Shown: in pieces, positions 25,271 through 39,516 of the stretch
Layout of the letters: the number at the start of each line of letters is the position of its first letter
Position numbering within the stretch: the stretch's first letter is position 1
Assembly (NCBI GenBank): GCA_964016885.1
Contig: OZ024741.1
Location: forward strand, 337,404,001 to 337,468,000
Length of the DNA stretch: 64,000 nucleotides
Direction of reading: 5' to 3'
From: Eledone cirrhosa
Lineage: Eukaryota
Position numbers and translations under genes: made by a program
Notes under the pieces: generated by a model
Databases searched by the model: none
What the model was told of the DNA's origin: nothing
The model's input: only the letters and a program-made list of their open reading frames with translations

Positions 25271-25675
25271 GAATGGTTAAAATGTACAATGTAAATACCC
25301 TTAAGTGGGGTTGTTGGAGAAGATAGAGTAGAAAAGTAGGGGAGAAGGAAAGAGAGAGAAAGATATGCAAGGGTTGGAGAAATCTCTCGCCTTTGGCCTA
25401 CCTCCCTCTCTCTCCACATCTATGAACCTGCCCTCTGGGGCAATAAATAATTCCGACCATAACTATCAATGCATCTCTCCAAAAGTAACCAGTATAATAA
25501 AACCCCTACCATAACATTTTGATTAAGATATCTACAAACCACACTCTCCTATTTCTCCAACCCATGCATATCTTTCTCTCTCTTTCCTTCTCTCCTACTT
25601 TTATCTCTTCCTTTTCTACTCTATCTTCTCCAACAACCCCACTTAAGGGTATTTACATTGTACATTTAACCATTC

Positions 25676-25784
25676 TGCTCTGAGGATACAGTGGTCACAG
25701 CATTGGATATTTGAGTTCTGCAAATAATTGTAAATTTGCACATAGCATAACTAGGCTGTAGTACCACCGTGGAAACATTTGTAA
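25676..25784 (+). ncRNA. Inverted copy of the 25166 HHR lacking the 3' arm of stem I
   Basis: Same core; homology stops at about GTA+1. Confidence 0.7.
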
Positions 25785-26746
25785 TCTGTACTTTTTCTTC
25801 CTAACTACTTCTCAATTCTTATTATTACTCACCACAACATTATCTATTCTTCCATCTTTCTTCATATCATTGGCCATAAAAATTATTATTTTTTTAATAC
25901 ATTATAGTATTACCTTTAATAGTCCTTCGTAAACATAAACATTTTTTTTTACGTTAGATTTTTCTTCCTTAAATTCCTTATCTCTTCCATGCTCGTTTGA
26001 CTTTTACATATTACAATACATAAAAACAAACTTAAACCCTAACTAATTTCTTTTAATATATTATATTATTACCATTAGAAAATATTTCGTAAACATATAT
26101 ATTTTTTGATGTTAAATATTTTCTTCGTTAAACATTCTTTTCTTCTTTGCTTTCTGCGCTCATTTTTAAACAAACTATTTACGTACATATATTACGCACA
26201 CATATTACATTACATAAAAACAAATTTAAACACTAACTAATTCCTCTAAATTCATAACTCATTCATTCTCTACTTCTTTTCACATTATATCCTTAATAAC
26301 ATTAATATTTTTATTTTAATAATACATATTAATAATTTCTTTTCCTCGCACATATTATTAAACCCTTCAATATACAAACCTTAATTTAATATTATTCTTA
26401 ATCCCTTTTTCTCTTCATGCATAAACCTCATTAACTTTTAATTTCAAATTCTTTTAAATTATCTATTATCTTCCAACGGCTTTTTAACTTCTCTCTGTGA
26501 GACAATATATTTTTTTTTCTCAGTTGTAAAAGCTATCTTTCTCTCTCTATCACCCATCTCTCCTCCTCTCTCATCCTTCCTTCTTATAATCCTCCCCCAC
26601 CATTCTTTACTCTCATCTCCTCCTCTTCCTTACCCCCCCCCCTCACTTTTTCCCAATCTCATACATCAATCTTAAATTATTTTTCATATGTTGATTTAAA
26701 ACTTCACTATTCACAAGTATTTTTTAAGCTTCATATCATGTATCCC

Positions 26747-26817
26747 TATTTTATCTGATGAAAACGCAGATATCATCCCATGATGATATTTGTTTTTGAA
26801 ATGCGCATAATAAAATA
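26747..26817 (+). ncRNA. Type I hammerhead ribozyme, intact core
   Basis: TATTTTAT-CTGATGA-long hairpin (GCAGATATCATC/GATGATATTTGT)-GAAA-TGCGCA-TA-ATAAAATA; perfect 8-bp stem I. Confidence 0.88.
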
Positions 26818-26847
26818 CTTGGAACTCTTTTAACCATCTTTTGATCT

Positions 26848-26917
<70 letters not shown>

Positions 26918-26952
26918 TGCTATATTTGGAGACCACTTTACAGTTTGGACTA

Positions 26953-27257
26953 TATATACATTTATGTATTTGTTTTCCAAGATTTTTTATATGAAATCGT
27001 GTGTTGAAACTGATATTGTTATATTTGGGGATGGTCATGTTGCCAGTATTGTCAATAAAATACACATTACTTATCGGTTAGTTCACCATGACAAACTAAC
27101 CAATAACTAAAAATAAAGGGGAAAAGTGAAAATCATATGATGCATGTTATTTTATTGGTAATACTGGCAACATGACCATCCTCAAATATAGCAATATCAG
27201 TTTCAACACACGATTGCACATCAATAATCTTGCAAAATAAATACATAAATGTATATA
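26953..27257. repeat. Inverted repeat, ~110-bp arms
   Basis: 26953-27062 is the reverse complement of 27148-27257. Confidence 0.75.
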
Positions 27258-27275
27258 TATAAATATATATATATA

Positions 27276-28139
27276 CAAGCAGAATGGCCCGTCATTGCTC
27301 GGACTTCTAAACATAGATTGGCTTGTTTATCCCTCCTTTCTGAAACAGTACAGAGAAGTACGGAATACCTCGGCCTGGGGATGGTGTCTACATTTTGTGC
27401 TTACGCAAATTATTTGCCATTAAGATTTTTCTAAGCATGTAATTGCGTTCCCTCTCTTTTTTTGTTGTTTTTGCTGCTGTTGGTGTGATAGCAGCCGTTG
27501 GTCTCGACAGTCTCGTCCTTCTTCAGCCAATCGTGTATATCCCCTTCTGCCTCGTCTACCTAAACAAATATTGTAACACCTCCTTGTCCATAATATTTCT
27601 TGTTCTTCCGTGTCGGGCATATGCAAAGAGATATGTCTTGCTTCCCACTCTTGAGCAGCCAACGTATAGTTGCCCGTGTGAAAAACATGACTCTTCCAAA
27701 AGAAGACCAGCAACAGCTAGGGTCTGACCCTGGGATTTGTTGATAGACATTGCAAAGCTGACACGGTTCGGCGAATGGTTCGTTGGTTGTCTGTCAAGTG
27801 CTCTTCTGGTGGCAGTACGTTTAGCATCTAGCGACCGTCGAATAGCAGATTCCACTGACGATTCATTTGCCCGCCTTGTTCTTTTTCTTGCCGCTTTTGC
27901 AGTATTTCGGCCAAATACACTAAAACTAACTGGTAGAGTAAGGAGTAAACTCGTCAGTGATGCATGTAATTTCCGAACCGTTGACTATGTTATTGCTGGC
28001 CTTGTGCCAAAAGTAGTGGGATCTTTTGGGTGGCATATCGGCAGTAACAATGACGATAAGCCGTCAGTGCTTTCATGAAATAAATACGTTTGTTTATATT
28101 TTGTTTTTGTGCATGCAAAAATATCTGTACACGAATATA

Positions 28140-28198
<59 letters not shown>

Positions 28199-28658
28199 CA
28201 GATTAAAGTTTAAGCAAAGAATCGGTGTTTTCATCCTTAACGGGATCTTCTGAAACTATAAAAATCAATCTGTGAACGCAAAAGTAAATATTTCGAAAAA
28301 CGTTGCAACCGAAGGAAAACAGGAAGACGATACTTTGGTTCGTAAAGACGTTCCGTGGCAATGAACGGAAAATAAATTATACGTCAGCAATGAGAACAAT
28401 GTTTGTCATAATGTCGAAATGCAGACAGTCAGGCATACAGACAGATATTATAAGGGCACGACGGAGATCGATAACAGACGCCTAACACGCCTTTAACAAC
28501 AGAAAATTGAAAAATAAAAGCTGCAGTTAATATCTTTAGACCACAAGGAATATATAAATGCAAGTTTGAAGTCAGTAGAAATGTGGATTTGTATAGACTT
28601 TGCAAAACTTAGGGGACGCACACACACAGACAATTTCAGTTTTATATATATGTATAGA
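27276..28658 (-). mobile_element. Internally deleted non-autonomous Helitron
   Basis: 5' TCTATACATATATATAAAA; 3' CCGAGCAATGACGG hairpin-like motif plus CTTG; A|T insertion; PIF1-like helicase C-terminus (FAMSINKSQGQTL..FSHGQLYVGCSRV). Confidence 0.85.
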
Positions 28659-28679
28659 TATATATATAATCCATTCGAT

Positions 28680-28834
28680 AGAGCATCCAACCATAGAAAC
28701 CAAGCCAAAATCAGTTCTGTATGAGCATGACAGAGTCATCTGATCTGAATGTCTCACAACAGAACAACTTGTCTAATCCATGCTAGCACAAAAAATGGCT
28801 TTTATAGGCGATGATGATGCTGATAATGATGATG

Positions 28835-28835
<1 letters not shown>
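28680..28835 (+). mobile_element. Degenerate RTE-derived short element
   Basis: GCATCC..TAGAAA module and CCATGCTAGCA..(GAT)n tail; similar copies at 1-175, 20545-20670 and 23415-23740. Confidence 0.6.
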
Positions 28836-28902
<67 letters not shown>

Positions 28903-29000
28903 TATATATAAATGTGTGTGTGTGTGAATATATATATATGTATATATATATATATTCACACACACACATTTATATACACGTGTATATATATATATATATA

Positions 29001-30147
29001 TCATCATCATCATCACCGTTTTAGGTCCGTTCTTCCACGCTAGCATGGGTTAGATGGGTTGTCCTGTTGTGGGCAGTGTCTAGTCGGCTTACCATGTCTT
29101 GCTCATACAGAAACTGAATCTGGCTTGATTTCTACAGCTGGATACCCTTCCTAACACCACCCTCATTTACAGTGAGTGCTGGGTACTTTTTTTCCGTAGT
29201 GCCTACACGTCCACTTTACAGTGTGGGCTGGGTGCTTTTTTGCCATGGCACCTCCACGACCACTTTGTGGAGGGGGGGGACATATTGTCTATATGCTTCA
29301 GCTTCGACTTGTTCCTGTGGGAAGCCGGGTCTCTGATGCCAGAGGTCACGGTCGTGTGTCATTGCCCTTGAGAGGTGCAATTGGGTAAGGTCGGCTTTTA
29401 TCACCTCATCCCAGGTCTTCTTGGGTCTCCCCTCTCTGCGGCTTCCATCGACCTCTAGTGCTCTGAACCGTTTTATGCAGCTGTCATCCTTCATATGCAT
29501 CACATGTCCATCCATACCAACGTAACTTTCTCTCCTGCACACACCATTTGATTCCTCTTATGCTCAGTCTCTCTCTCAATTCGTTTATGCTTTACCGTTC
29601 GCATATATTACTATTACACATCCATCGGAGCATGCAAGCTTCATTTCTTTCTAATCTGTGCAAGTCTTCTACAGACAGCGCTCAGGTTTTACTACCATGT
29701 AACATTGCTGTTCGTATACATGCATCATACAGTCTGCCTTTCATTTTGAGGGAAAATCCTTTTGCAGCTAGCAGTGGCAGTAGTTCCCTGAACTTCTTCC
29801 ATCCCGTTCTTACCCTAGTTATTGTACTTTCTGAACACCCACCTCCGTTGCTAATTTGGTCACCTAGGTAGCAGAAGCTGTCTACTGTTTCTACAGAGCC
29901 CTCCCAGAGTTTGGTGGTGCTTGTTTCCTGTGGTCATTTGCTGCTTGGTGTCCTAGCGCAGCTGCTATATATGAAGCCTACATTCTTAGTTAAACTTCCT
30001 GAGATCCCACTACATCTCTTGTGTACCCATTGTTTGCATATGGGGCAGAGGATGGAGTTCCTACCTACACCTTTCCTACTGTGCAAGGCCATTTCCCTGA
30101 GGGGATCTGGGTTCTGTTTTCTCGTCTACTTACAAGAACCTTAGTCT
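29001..30147 (-). mobile_element. 5'-truncated RTE LINE
   Basis: Colinear with 50251-51410; frameshifted C-terminal ORF. Confidence 0.88.
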
Positions 30148-30341
30148 TTATATATATATATATATAAAGTCTAAGGTTCTTGTATATATGTGTGTGTGTG
30201 TGTGTATTTCTGTATAGTTATGTGGGAGTGTTTTTGGGGGGGGAGGAGGTATAGTTGTGTGTCTGTGTATTGTTATATGTGTGTGTGTGTGAGTGTGTGT
30301 TTCTGTAGTCATGTATGTGTCTTTAATGATGTGTGTGCATG

Positions 30342-30845
30342 TCATCATCATCATTATCATCAACGTTTAACGTCCGTGTTCCACGCTTGCATGGGTTTGG
30401 ACGGGGGTAGTCCCACTTGAGGCAAGAGTGATTGTCTTGCTCGCATAGGACTGTCTGGCAGGTTTTCTACAGTTGGATGCCCTTCCTAACACCAACCACA
30501 TTTACAGTGTGGGTCTGGGAGGTTTTTACCGTGTTGCCTACACGGCCACATTACAGCGTGGACTGTGTGTTTTTTGTCGTGACACCTACACGATCTCATT
30601 TGTTTCGGCCTGGATGGCGCGGCACCAACATAACTTTACATAGAACGGGGTGGTGTGGATGGGGTGGGGGTGGTGGTGGGGGTGTATTTTGTTAGAGATG
30701 CCTACTGGCTGTAGTAGGTTTTACTATGTATTTAGGTAAGGCGGGTCTTCTCTGTTACTGAGTACCGCCAAAGGTCTCGGTCCAGTGACATTGTCTTGGA
30801 GAGGTGTAAGTGTGTGAGGTCGGAGTTTATCAGCTCGTCCCAGTT
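30342..30845 (-). mobile_element. RTE 3' fragment
   Basis: Nearly identical to 21860-22365. Confidence 0.88.
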
Positions 30846-30893
30846 GTATCTAATTATATGTGTGCATATATATGTGTGTAATTATATATGTCA

Positions 30894-30934
<41 letters not shown>

Positions 30935-31307
30935 TGTGTAATTATGTGACTATGTGTGTGTGTGTGTGCCAGTGTATATTTATTTATGTGTCCATGTGTC
31001 AGTATATATATATGTGTCAGTGTGTGTGTGTTAATTAATCAATCTATAAAGCAACAGTTCATTCAAGTGACATTGAGTAAAATGGAGATATGGGTAACTA
31101 CCACTAATGGTGGTGGTGGTGATGAGGGGTGATTGTGGTGTTTTGTTGTTGTTGTTGTTGGTAGTTGTGGTGGTGGTGGTGGTGATGATAGTGGTGATGG
31201 TGGTGTTTTGTTGTTGTTGTTGTTGGTGGTGGTGGTAGTTGTGGTGGTGATGATGATGATGATGGTAGTAGCGATATTGCTAATAATGATTATGAAGATA
31301 ATGATAA

Positions 31308-33096
31308 CACCGTGTAACATATTTTTTGTTCCCCAGTTCTAAGTGTCATTTATTGGTTTGTCATATCCCATTATTATAAAAAAACACTATTATTTAATCA
31401 GAAGTTTGGATTTGTGGTCAGGAGTTTGATATTTCGAAATTTTCATATTTTTCAAGAAAAAACACATTTTTTTAAAATTTATCAGTTCATATAATTAAAT
31501 CAACAGAATATATATTTATTTTATTACACAAGCTTATCAAAAGCAAACAAGTAAAAACAAATAACACTTATAAAGCAACTTATATATGTCAGAAATGACT
31601 GGATTTCCTAGATTTGCGGTTGTAGTCCAGGTTGCATTCCCGCACTAGCCCCAGATATAGTCCCCCATCATTTTTTCATTGTAGTGGCCCTGGTACCTCC
31701 GCTCTATCTCTTTCACATCTTGGTAGAATCGTTCGCCTTATTCTTCTGAGTAGGCGCCCATATTGTCCTTGAATTTTTCCAGGTGAGCATCCAGTACATG
31801 GAGTTTAAGCGACATCCTGCATCCCATGGCGCCAAAAGCCTTTATCAGATCCTGCACCAGTTGCTGGTAGTTTTCAGCTCTGTAGTTGCTCAGGAAGCCC
31901 TTATCAACTGCCTTGAAACAGTACCATGCTGTTCTCTCAATCCTATTGAGCTTATTGGAGAACTCGGTAGACTCAAACACCTTCTTTATCTGAGGTCCAA
32001 CAAAAATTCCACCTTTGATTTTGGCCTCGGATAACTTGGGGAAGAACTCAAGAAGGTACTTAAAAGTGGCTGATTCTTGGTTGAGAGCCTTCACAAATTG
32101 CTTCATCAACCCCAACTTAATGTGCAGTGGCGGCATGAGGACAATCCTGGGATCAAGCAGTGGCTCCCACATGACGTTCCGGGTCCCAACTACAAATTCT
32201 GTTCGTTGCTCCCAGTTCTTTCTTTTGTAGTGGTCAGAGGTGGCTTTGCTGTCCCAAAGGCAGAGGAAGCATTGGAATTTGATAAAGCCTCCTTGGAGTC
32301 CAAGCAGGAAAGCCACCATCTTGAAGTCTCCAATGATTTCCCAATTGTACTGGTTGTATTGCAGAGCTTCCAAGAGGACTTTCACACTGTAGTAATCTTC
32401 CTTCAGGCAGACTGAATGAGCTAGGGGCAGTGTCAAGAACTTGTTTCCATTGTGGAGGAGGACAGCCTTCAAACTTGTGGTGGAGCTGTCTATAAATAGC
32501 TGTCACTCCTTGGGCACAAACGGCACCCAATAACGTCAAACAGTCCAGGCACGTCATGGCAGAAGCAGAAGCCATCCCTAAGAGTGTAAAAGCCTGAGAA
32601 AGATTCGTGTTGACTTCTCTGACTTGTCACCTGCACTTCCTCCTTGACCAGGTTCCACTGCTTCATCCTGGAGACGAATAGCTCTGCATTGGACTTGGTC
32701 AGACCCATATCCCTGACCAAGTCATTGGCTTCTTTTTGGTTTGGGAAGTGAGGAACTTTTTCTGGTACCCCAGTATCAATAAATCTCTTTAATCCACTTT
32801 TTAACAATTTTATACTTTATTGCACTTTTATAATTTTCTTTAGGTATTACTCTTTATTTTATAATTTTAATTTAACCTGAAACATATATAAAAAAAATCA
32901 TTTAACATAAGCAAATTAAACTTACATACAACGTAAAATCCAGCATACAAATAATTCTACTGAATAGCTTAGAATTTTTACAAACCCCAACTTTTAACTG
33001 TTTAATAGCACTTTCTTATTTATTTGGAACCTAAGCAACACAAAAAAAGTGATTACAAGCCAGGAACAGAGAAAAAAATTTTTTTGTTACACAGTG
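31308..33096 (-). mobile_element. Chapaev3-type DNA transposon, internally deleted
   Basis: TIRs CACCGTGTAACA / TGTTACACAGTG; 3-bp TSD TAA on both sides. Confidence 0.88.
31600..32760 (-). pseudogene. Chapaev transposase, disrupted
   Basis: LKAVLLHNGN, GDFKMVAFLLGLQGG..CFLCLWDS, PPLHIKLGLMKQFVKAL, GIFVGPQI, MSLKLH..H, SEE*GERF; N-terminal zinc finger absent. Confidence 0.85.
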
Positions 33097-33380
33097 TAAT
33101 GTTATTGATGTAGTGGCAGTGATGATGGTGATGTCAATGATGTTGATCTTGTTGTTTCTCTTTACTTACACCAGAAATATTTTAATTTGGAAAGGCATAA
33201 GCATCACATCATCCCATTTCATAATCTAAATTTTTTGTTTAGCTGCAGTACTAAAATTTCAATAAATAATAATGTGTCCTTTTCCTCATTTTTAGATGAC
33301 AGAATTTGATTTGAGAGAGGTTTTGTATTGTTTCACCTTATGATTTTCTGTTTAATACAAGTTCAATCTACCATAGCAAT

Positions 33381-33640
33381 GTGTTGGCCTGAGCCTAGTG
33401 AATTATTTGGGGTAGATTGAAACTGTGTGGTTGGCCTGAGTCTTGGAAATTAATTTGGGCAGATTGAAACAGTGTGGTTGGCCCAAGCCTTGTGAATTAT
33501 TTTGGTCAGATTGAAACTGTGTGGTTGGCCTGAGCCTTGGGAATTAATTTCGGAAGATTGAAAGTGTGTGGTTGGAAATTAATTGGGCCAGATTGAAACT
33601 ATGGTTGACCTGAGCCTTGGGATTTAATTTGAGCAGATAG
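33381..33640. repeat. ~45-bp tandem repeat, 5-6 copies
   Basis: Unit GTGGTTGGCCTGAGCCTTGGGAATTAATTTGGGCAGATTGAAACT. Confidence 0.88.
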
Positions 33641-34329
33641 AGTATTGACTACTACACCTAGCAAGTTCAAGGAGTACATAGAATTTCCATTGTAGGTGCA
33701 TTTCAAGGGTGTAATGTAAAGGATATTTGGATAATATGACCATTAACATGCTAGTACATCTGATAACCTTTCTTTGGATGCAGTCCAAATTGTCTGGGAT
33801 ATGTAACAGTAACACCATTCCTGGATGTCTGTGTATGCAACAGTAACACCATTCTAGATTATCTGTGTAACTGCAACAGATGTAGGAACAATATCATATT
33901 TTAGGTACCACTTCAGTTCTGTAGAAGGTTAGTAACTGATAGGGGTATGAAGTATTTCAGGTGCTGTTGTAAAGGGTTAATTTTTGAGATGCAGAATTTT
34001 CTATATTAAAGATGTGTATTTACAAGGGCTCTAGTTTCATGCCACTGCCACACAAAAGAGGGTACGATAATGTTCCTCATGTCTTTGTTCGTTGAGTCAA
34101 TGTAACTTTGTTGTTTGATGTTTTGTTTGGATATAGATGATGCTTGAGGTTTAGAACATTGCAGAAGAATTAAGACAAGTATTGTCTGCATATGAGTGGT
34201 ATTATCTGTAAAGAAGTGCTCATTGTTCAAGGGGAAAAAATGCAAAACATTTATTTTTATTTCAATACATTGAAGCAGCTTTTGACACTATTTCATATAT
34301 CAGCGAATGTAAAATGATGATGTAGATAA

Positions 34330-34933
34330 ATACACACACTCACACATGTGTTTATATACACACACACACATGTATATATACATATATACATATATATATA
34401 CATATATATATACATATATACATATATATATACATATATATATACATATATACATATATATATATATACACATATATATATATATATGCTTACATATATA
34501 CATATATATATACCAGTTAATTTATATATATACACATACATACATACATACATACATACATACATACATACATAAATACATAAATACATATATACATACA
34601 TACATACACATAATTTTATGACAACATTTTTTATGCCAACAAATAAAAATGGATGATGAACACATTCCAATGAATTCTACCATCAAAAAGTTTACATATT
34701 GACTGACTTATTTTGTTCTTTCTGTGAGACAATAAAACACAATTTAGTTTATCTCCTCTCAAATATTCTTGAGCAATAATTGGCATTTAAAAGACTTGTA
34801 ACAATACAAAGAAATGCATAGCTCCATTTCAAATGTATTTAAATCTTTTTAACTCAAATTTTAGTCGGTAATCTCCAAAGAGAAAAAAAATTATGTATTC
34901 ATACAAATATATATATATATATAGATGTGTGTG

Positions 34934-34971
<38 letters not shown>

Positions 34972-34984
34972 AGCATACATACAC

Positions 34985-35070
<86 letters not shown>

Positions 35071-35410
35071 ATGCGCATGTGTGTGTGCATATAAAGAGAT
35101 TGAAAGAAAAGGAGTTATTCCATTTCAAATCGAGAAAAATATAAGTGATAATGGAAATACATTCATATATTTTATTTTTATTTTTTTACTAAATGTATTG
35201 TTATTTACTCTTGAAGTCGATTATTCATTGTGTGTGAGGGGTGGGGGTAAACTTATTTATGATTTTTTGTTTGGGTGTTTTTCAGCTAGTTAGGAAAAAA
35301 ATATGTGTATGTGTGTGTATATATAGGGAAAAGCAGACATATGATGATGATGGTGATGATGATACACACACACACACATATATATATATGTATATGTATA
35401 TATATATGTG

Positions 35411-35469
<59 letters not shown>

Positions 35470-35866
35470 GTATATATTGTGTATATATATGTATATATAT
35501 ATATATATATGTGTGTGTATATATATGTATATGCATATATATATATATGTATATGTATATATATATGTGTATATATATGTATATATATATGTGTATATAT
35601 ATGTATATGTATATGCGTATATATATGTATATGTATATATATATGTGTATATATATGTATATGTATATATATGTATATATGTATATGTGTATATATATGT
35701 ATATGTATATATATATGTGTATATATATGTATATGTATATATATATGTGTATATATATGTCTATATATATGTGTATATATATGTATATGTATATATACAT
35801 GTGTATATATATATGTATATGTATATATATATGGGTATATATATGTATATGTATATATATACGGGT

Positions 35867-35952
<86 letters not shown>

Positions 35953-35970
35953 ACACACATATATATATAA
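34330..35970. repeat. Cluster of (TA)n, (TACA)n and (TG)n microsatellites
   Basis: Directly visible. Confidence 0.92.
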
Positions 35971-37269
35971 ATTAGAAAGAAATAGAGCCAGTGATGAGAG
36001 ATAAAAAATCATTTCTATTTAGCTCTTGCAAATATATTTGCATAAATTACCAATAATTTCTTTCTGTTTATTGGTGTGCTATCTGTTTAATGCTTCCCCT
36101 TTTGGAAAGTAATCCAAATCTCTCCTGCAGAAATACAACAAATAAAGACGTCGTATTGACAAAAAGATAGGAAGATTTTAGTCACCCAACAATTACTAAA
36201 GGGGGAAATGAGAGCAAGAGAGAGAAAGAGAGAGCAAGCAAGAGAGGGAGAAAAAGAGAGCTAACAAGAAAGAGAGGAAGCATGAGAGAAAGTGAAAGAG
36301 AGAGAGAGAGAGAGAGTAGTAAACAAAAGAAGGTAGGTTGACCATGAGAGAGTAGAGAGATATAGATAAATAGATAGATAGGGGTAGAGAATGTGAGGGC
36401 AAACATGAAAGAGAGAGTAAGGAAGAGAGAAGGAGAGGGTGATCATGAGAGAGAGAATAGATAAACAGATCAAGAGATAGGTAAAGAGAGAGAGAGAGAA
36501 AAAGAAAGAAAATGAGAGAGAAAAGCAGATTTTTAAACAAAAGCAAAAGCAATATTAATGGAAATATGTTGTAATTTTGTACATAAATGCAACCATTTAA
36601 AATCCAATACAATGCAAATATCTGGAAATAATCTGATTTAGAAAAAAGGAGTTTTAAAAAGAGAGGCAAAATAAAAAGTCAAGAATGAAAATTCTGAAGT
36701 TAACTTGACGAATAATTTCGGTATTAATAGGAGGAATGCTTTTCTGACTTTGTCCTATCAAATAAATAAATATATAAATAAATAAATAAAATGTCAAATC
36801 TCAACTGTCAAATTGAATTTCTATGCAAATATTGTTGAGTTACGAGTTACCTCCCTTGAAATTTTCTACCATGTACTACAAGAATTTGGACTATTTATCA
36901 TATGGTTGGCTCCCCCCTTCCTTTGCAAAATTGATTTTTCTAATATGACAAACCATCTTCATTAAACAACCCAATTATCCAAGAGTAATTATCTCTGAGA
37001 GTCTTTGAAAATTATATTTAGATTTTTTTTTTCAATATTTTTGTATTTTCATTTTATTTATTTTTTATCTTTTTATCTTTTTATTTTTTTTATATTTTTG
37101 TTTTGTGTTTGTACTTTTTGTTGTTTTGTTGTGTTTTTGTTCATCAAAAATTATCGTGTTTCTACTTCTGTTCTGCTTATTGGAACTTCTTTATTGATTT
37201 CAGAAGTAGTCAGAAAATTAGCTGGAAATATCAAAGAATAATGCAAATAATAAATAAAGAAATAATAAC

Positions 37270-37848
37270 GATGGTGATGGCATTGATGATGATGGTGGTG
37301 GTGATGGTGGTGATGGTGGTGGTTGTGGTGGTGGTTGTGGTGATGGTGTTGATGATGTTGATAGTGGTGTTGGTGATGGTGAGGGTGGTGATGGTGATAG
37401 TGTTGGTGATGATGGTGATGGTGAGGGTATTGATGATGATGATGGTGATGGTAGTGGTTGTGGGGGGGGGGGGTTGATGGTGATGGTGTTGGTAGTGGTG
37501 GTGGTGATTGTGGTGGGGATTGTGGTGGTGATGGTGGTGATGAAAGTGTTGGTAGTGGTTGTGGTGATGGTAGTGATGATGATGGTTGTGGTGATGGTGG
37601 TGATGGTGGTGGTGTTAGTGGTGGTGATGATTCTGGTGATGGTGGTGTTGGTGGTGTTGGTAGCTGTGATGGTAGTGGTGATGATGATGATGATAATAGG
37701 GATAATGATGATAGTGGTGATGATGATGGTAATAATAATAATGTTGATGGTGATGATGATGCTGGTGATGATAGTGAGGGTATTCTCTTTCTCTTGATTA
37801 TTAAAAATGATGATGGGAGTTGCAGGTGATGATGGCGTTAATGCTGTT

Positions 37849-37879
<31 letters not shown>

Positions 37880-37968
37880 AGAGCAATAACAACAAAAATA
37901 ATCAATTCTACAACAACAATTACAACAATAAATAATTATTGAAAAAATAATTATTACTATTTTTACTA

Positions 37969-38035
<67 letters not shown>

Positions 38036-39095
38036 CATCATCATGATTGTTGTTGTTGTTATTAGGGAGAAGAAAAAAAGCCAACCAAGAATTGCAACAA
38101 TGGCAGTCGAAGGGATAACAACAACAACAACAACAACAATAAATTGATAACCAAAGTAATAAGAAAATTTCTGTTGGCTTTGAACAAAGTAAAAGCAGAG
38201 GATATAATGTGGTGGTGGTGGTGGTGGCAGTGGTGGTGGCAGTGGTGGTGGCAGTGGTGGTGGCAGTGGTGGTAGTGGTGGTAGTGGTGGTGGTGGTGGT
38301 AGTGGTGGTGGTGGTGGTGGTGGTGGTGGCAGTGGTGGTGGTGGTGGCAGTGGTGGTGGCAGTGGTGGTAGTGGTGGTAGTGGTGGTGGTGGTGGTAGTG
38401 GTGGTGGTGGTGGCAGTGGTGGTGGTAGTGGTGGTGGTGGTGGCAGTGGTGGTGGTGGTGGTGGCAGTGGTGGTGGTAGTTTTGGTGGTGATAGTAGTGG
38501 TGATGGTGGTGGCAGTGGTGGTGGCAGTGGTGGTGGTGGTAGTAGTGGTGGTGGTGGTGGTTTTGGTGGTGGTAGTAGTGGTGGTGGTGGTGGCAGTGGT
38601 GGTGGCAGTGGTGGTGGTGGTAGTAGTGGTGGTGGTGGTGGTTTTGGTGGTGGTAGTAGTGGTGGTGGTGGTGGTGGTGGCAGTGGTGGTGGTTGTAGTG
38701 GTGGTGGTTGTAGTGGCGGTGGTGGCAGTGGTGGTGGAAGTGGTGGTGGTGGGGGAGGGGGGCGGTGGTAGAGGTGACTGTGTTAATGGTGGTGGTGGTG
38801 GCATTGGTGGTGGTGGTGGTGGCATTGGTGGTGGCGGTGGTGGTGATGGTGGTGTTGTTGGTGGTGGTGGTAGTGGTAACGGTGATGGTGATGGTGGGGA
38901 TGGAGGTGGTGGTGGTGGTGGAGGTAACTGTGATGGCGGTAATGATGATGATGATGATGGTTATGATGATGAGGATTATTATGATGCACCTAAGGATGAG
39001 GTGTAGGTTAGTTTTGGTATTAATGATGAAAACAATCACGGCAATAATTAGAACAAAGAGGAGGAGGTGGATGATGATGGTGATGATGATGATGG
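37270..39095. repeat. (GGT)n/(GAT)n/(ATT)n trinucleotide tracts
   Basis: Directly visible; poly-V/T/H ORFs are artefacts. Confidence 0.92.
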
Positions 39096-39330
39096 ATATA
39101 TATACTGATACATAAATAGACATACACACACATATGCTCATTCACATTTACATAGACTCACACATTCATACACGCATACATGCATAGGCATACATACAGA
39201 TGCAAACATACACCTCTTTTTCTCTTTCCATCTCTCTCTCTCTATATATATATACACACATATATATATATACATGTATATATATATATACACACATATA
39301 TATATATGTGTGTGTATATATATGTATATA

Positions 39331-39414
<84 letters not shown>

Positions 39415-39457
39415 GGAATACTGTTAGCTTCTCGCTACAACAATTTCTATACTTTTC

Positions 39458-39516
<59 letters not shown>

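Noticed and set aside
27556-27855. Host PIF1 helicase gene
   Set aside because: Only the C-terminal motifs are present, and they lie within Helitron termini
33381-33640. Possible CRISPR array
   Set aside because: No unique spacers, no cas genes, eukaryotic context; plain tandem repeat
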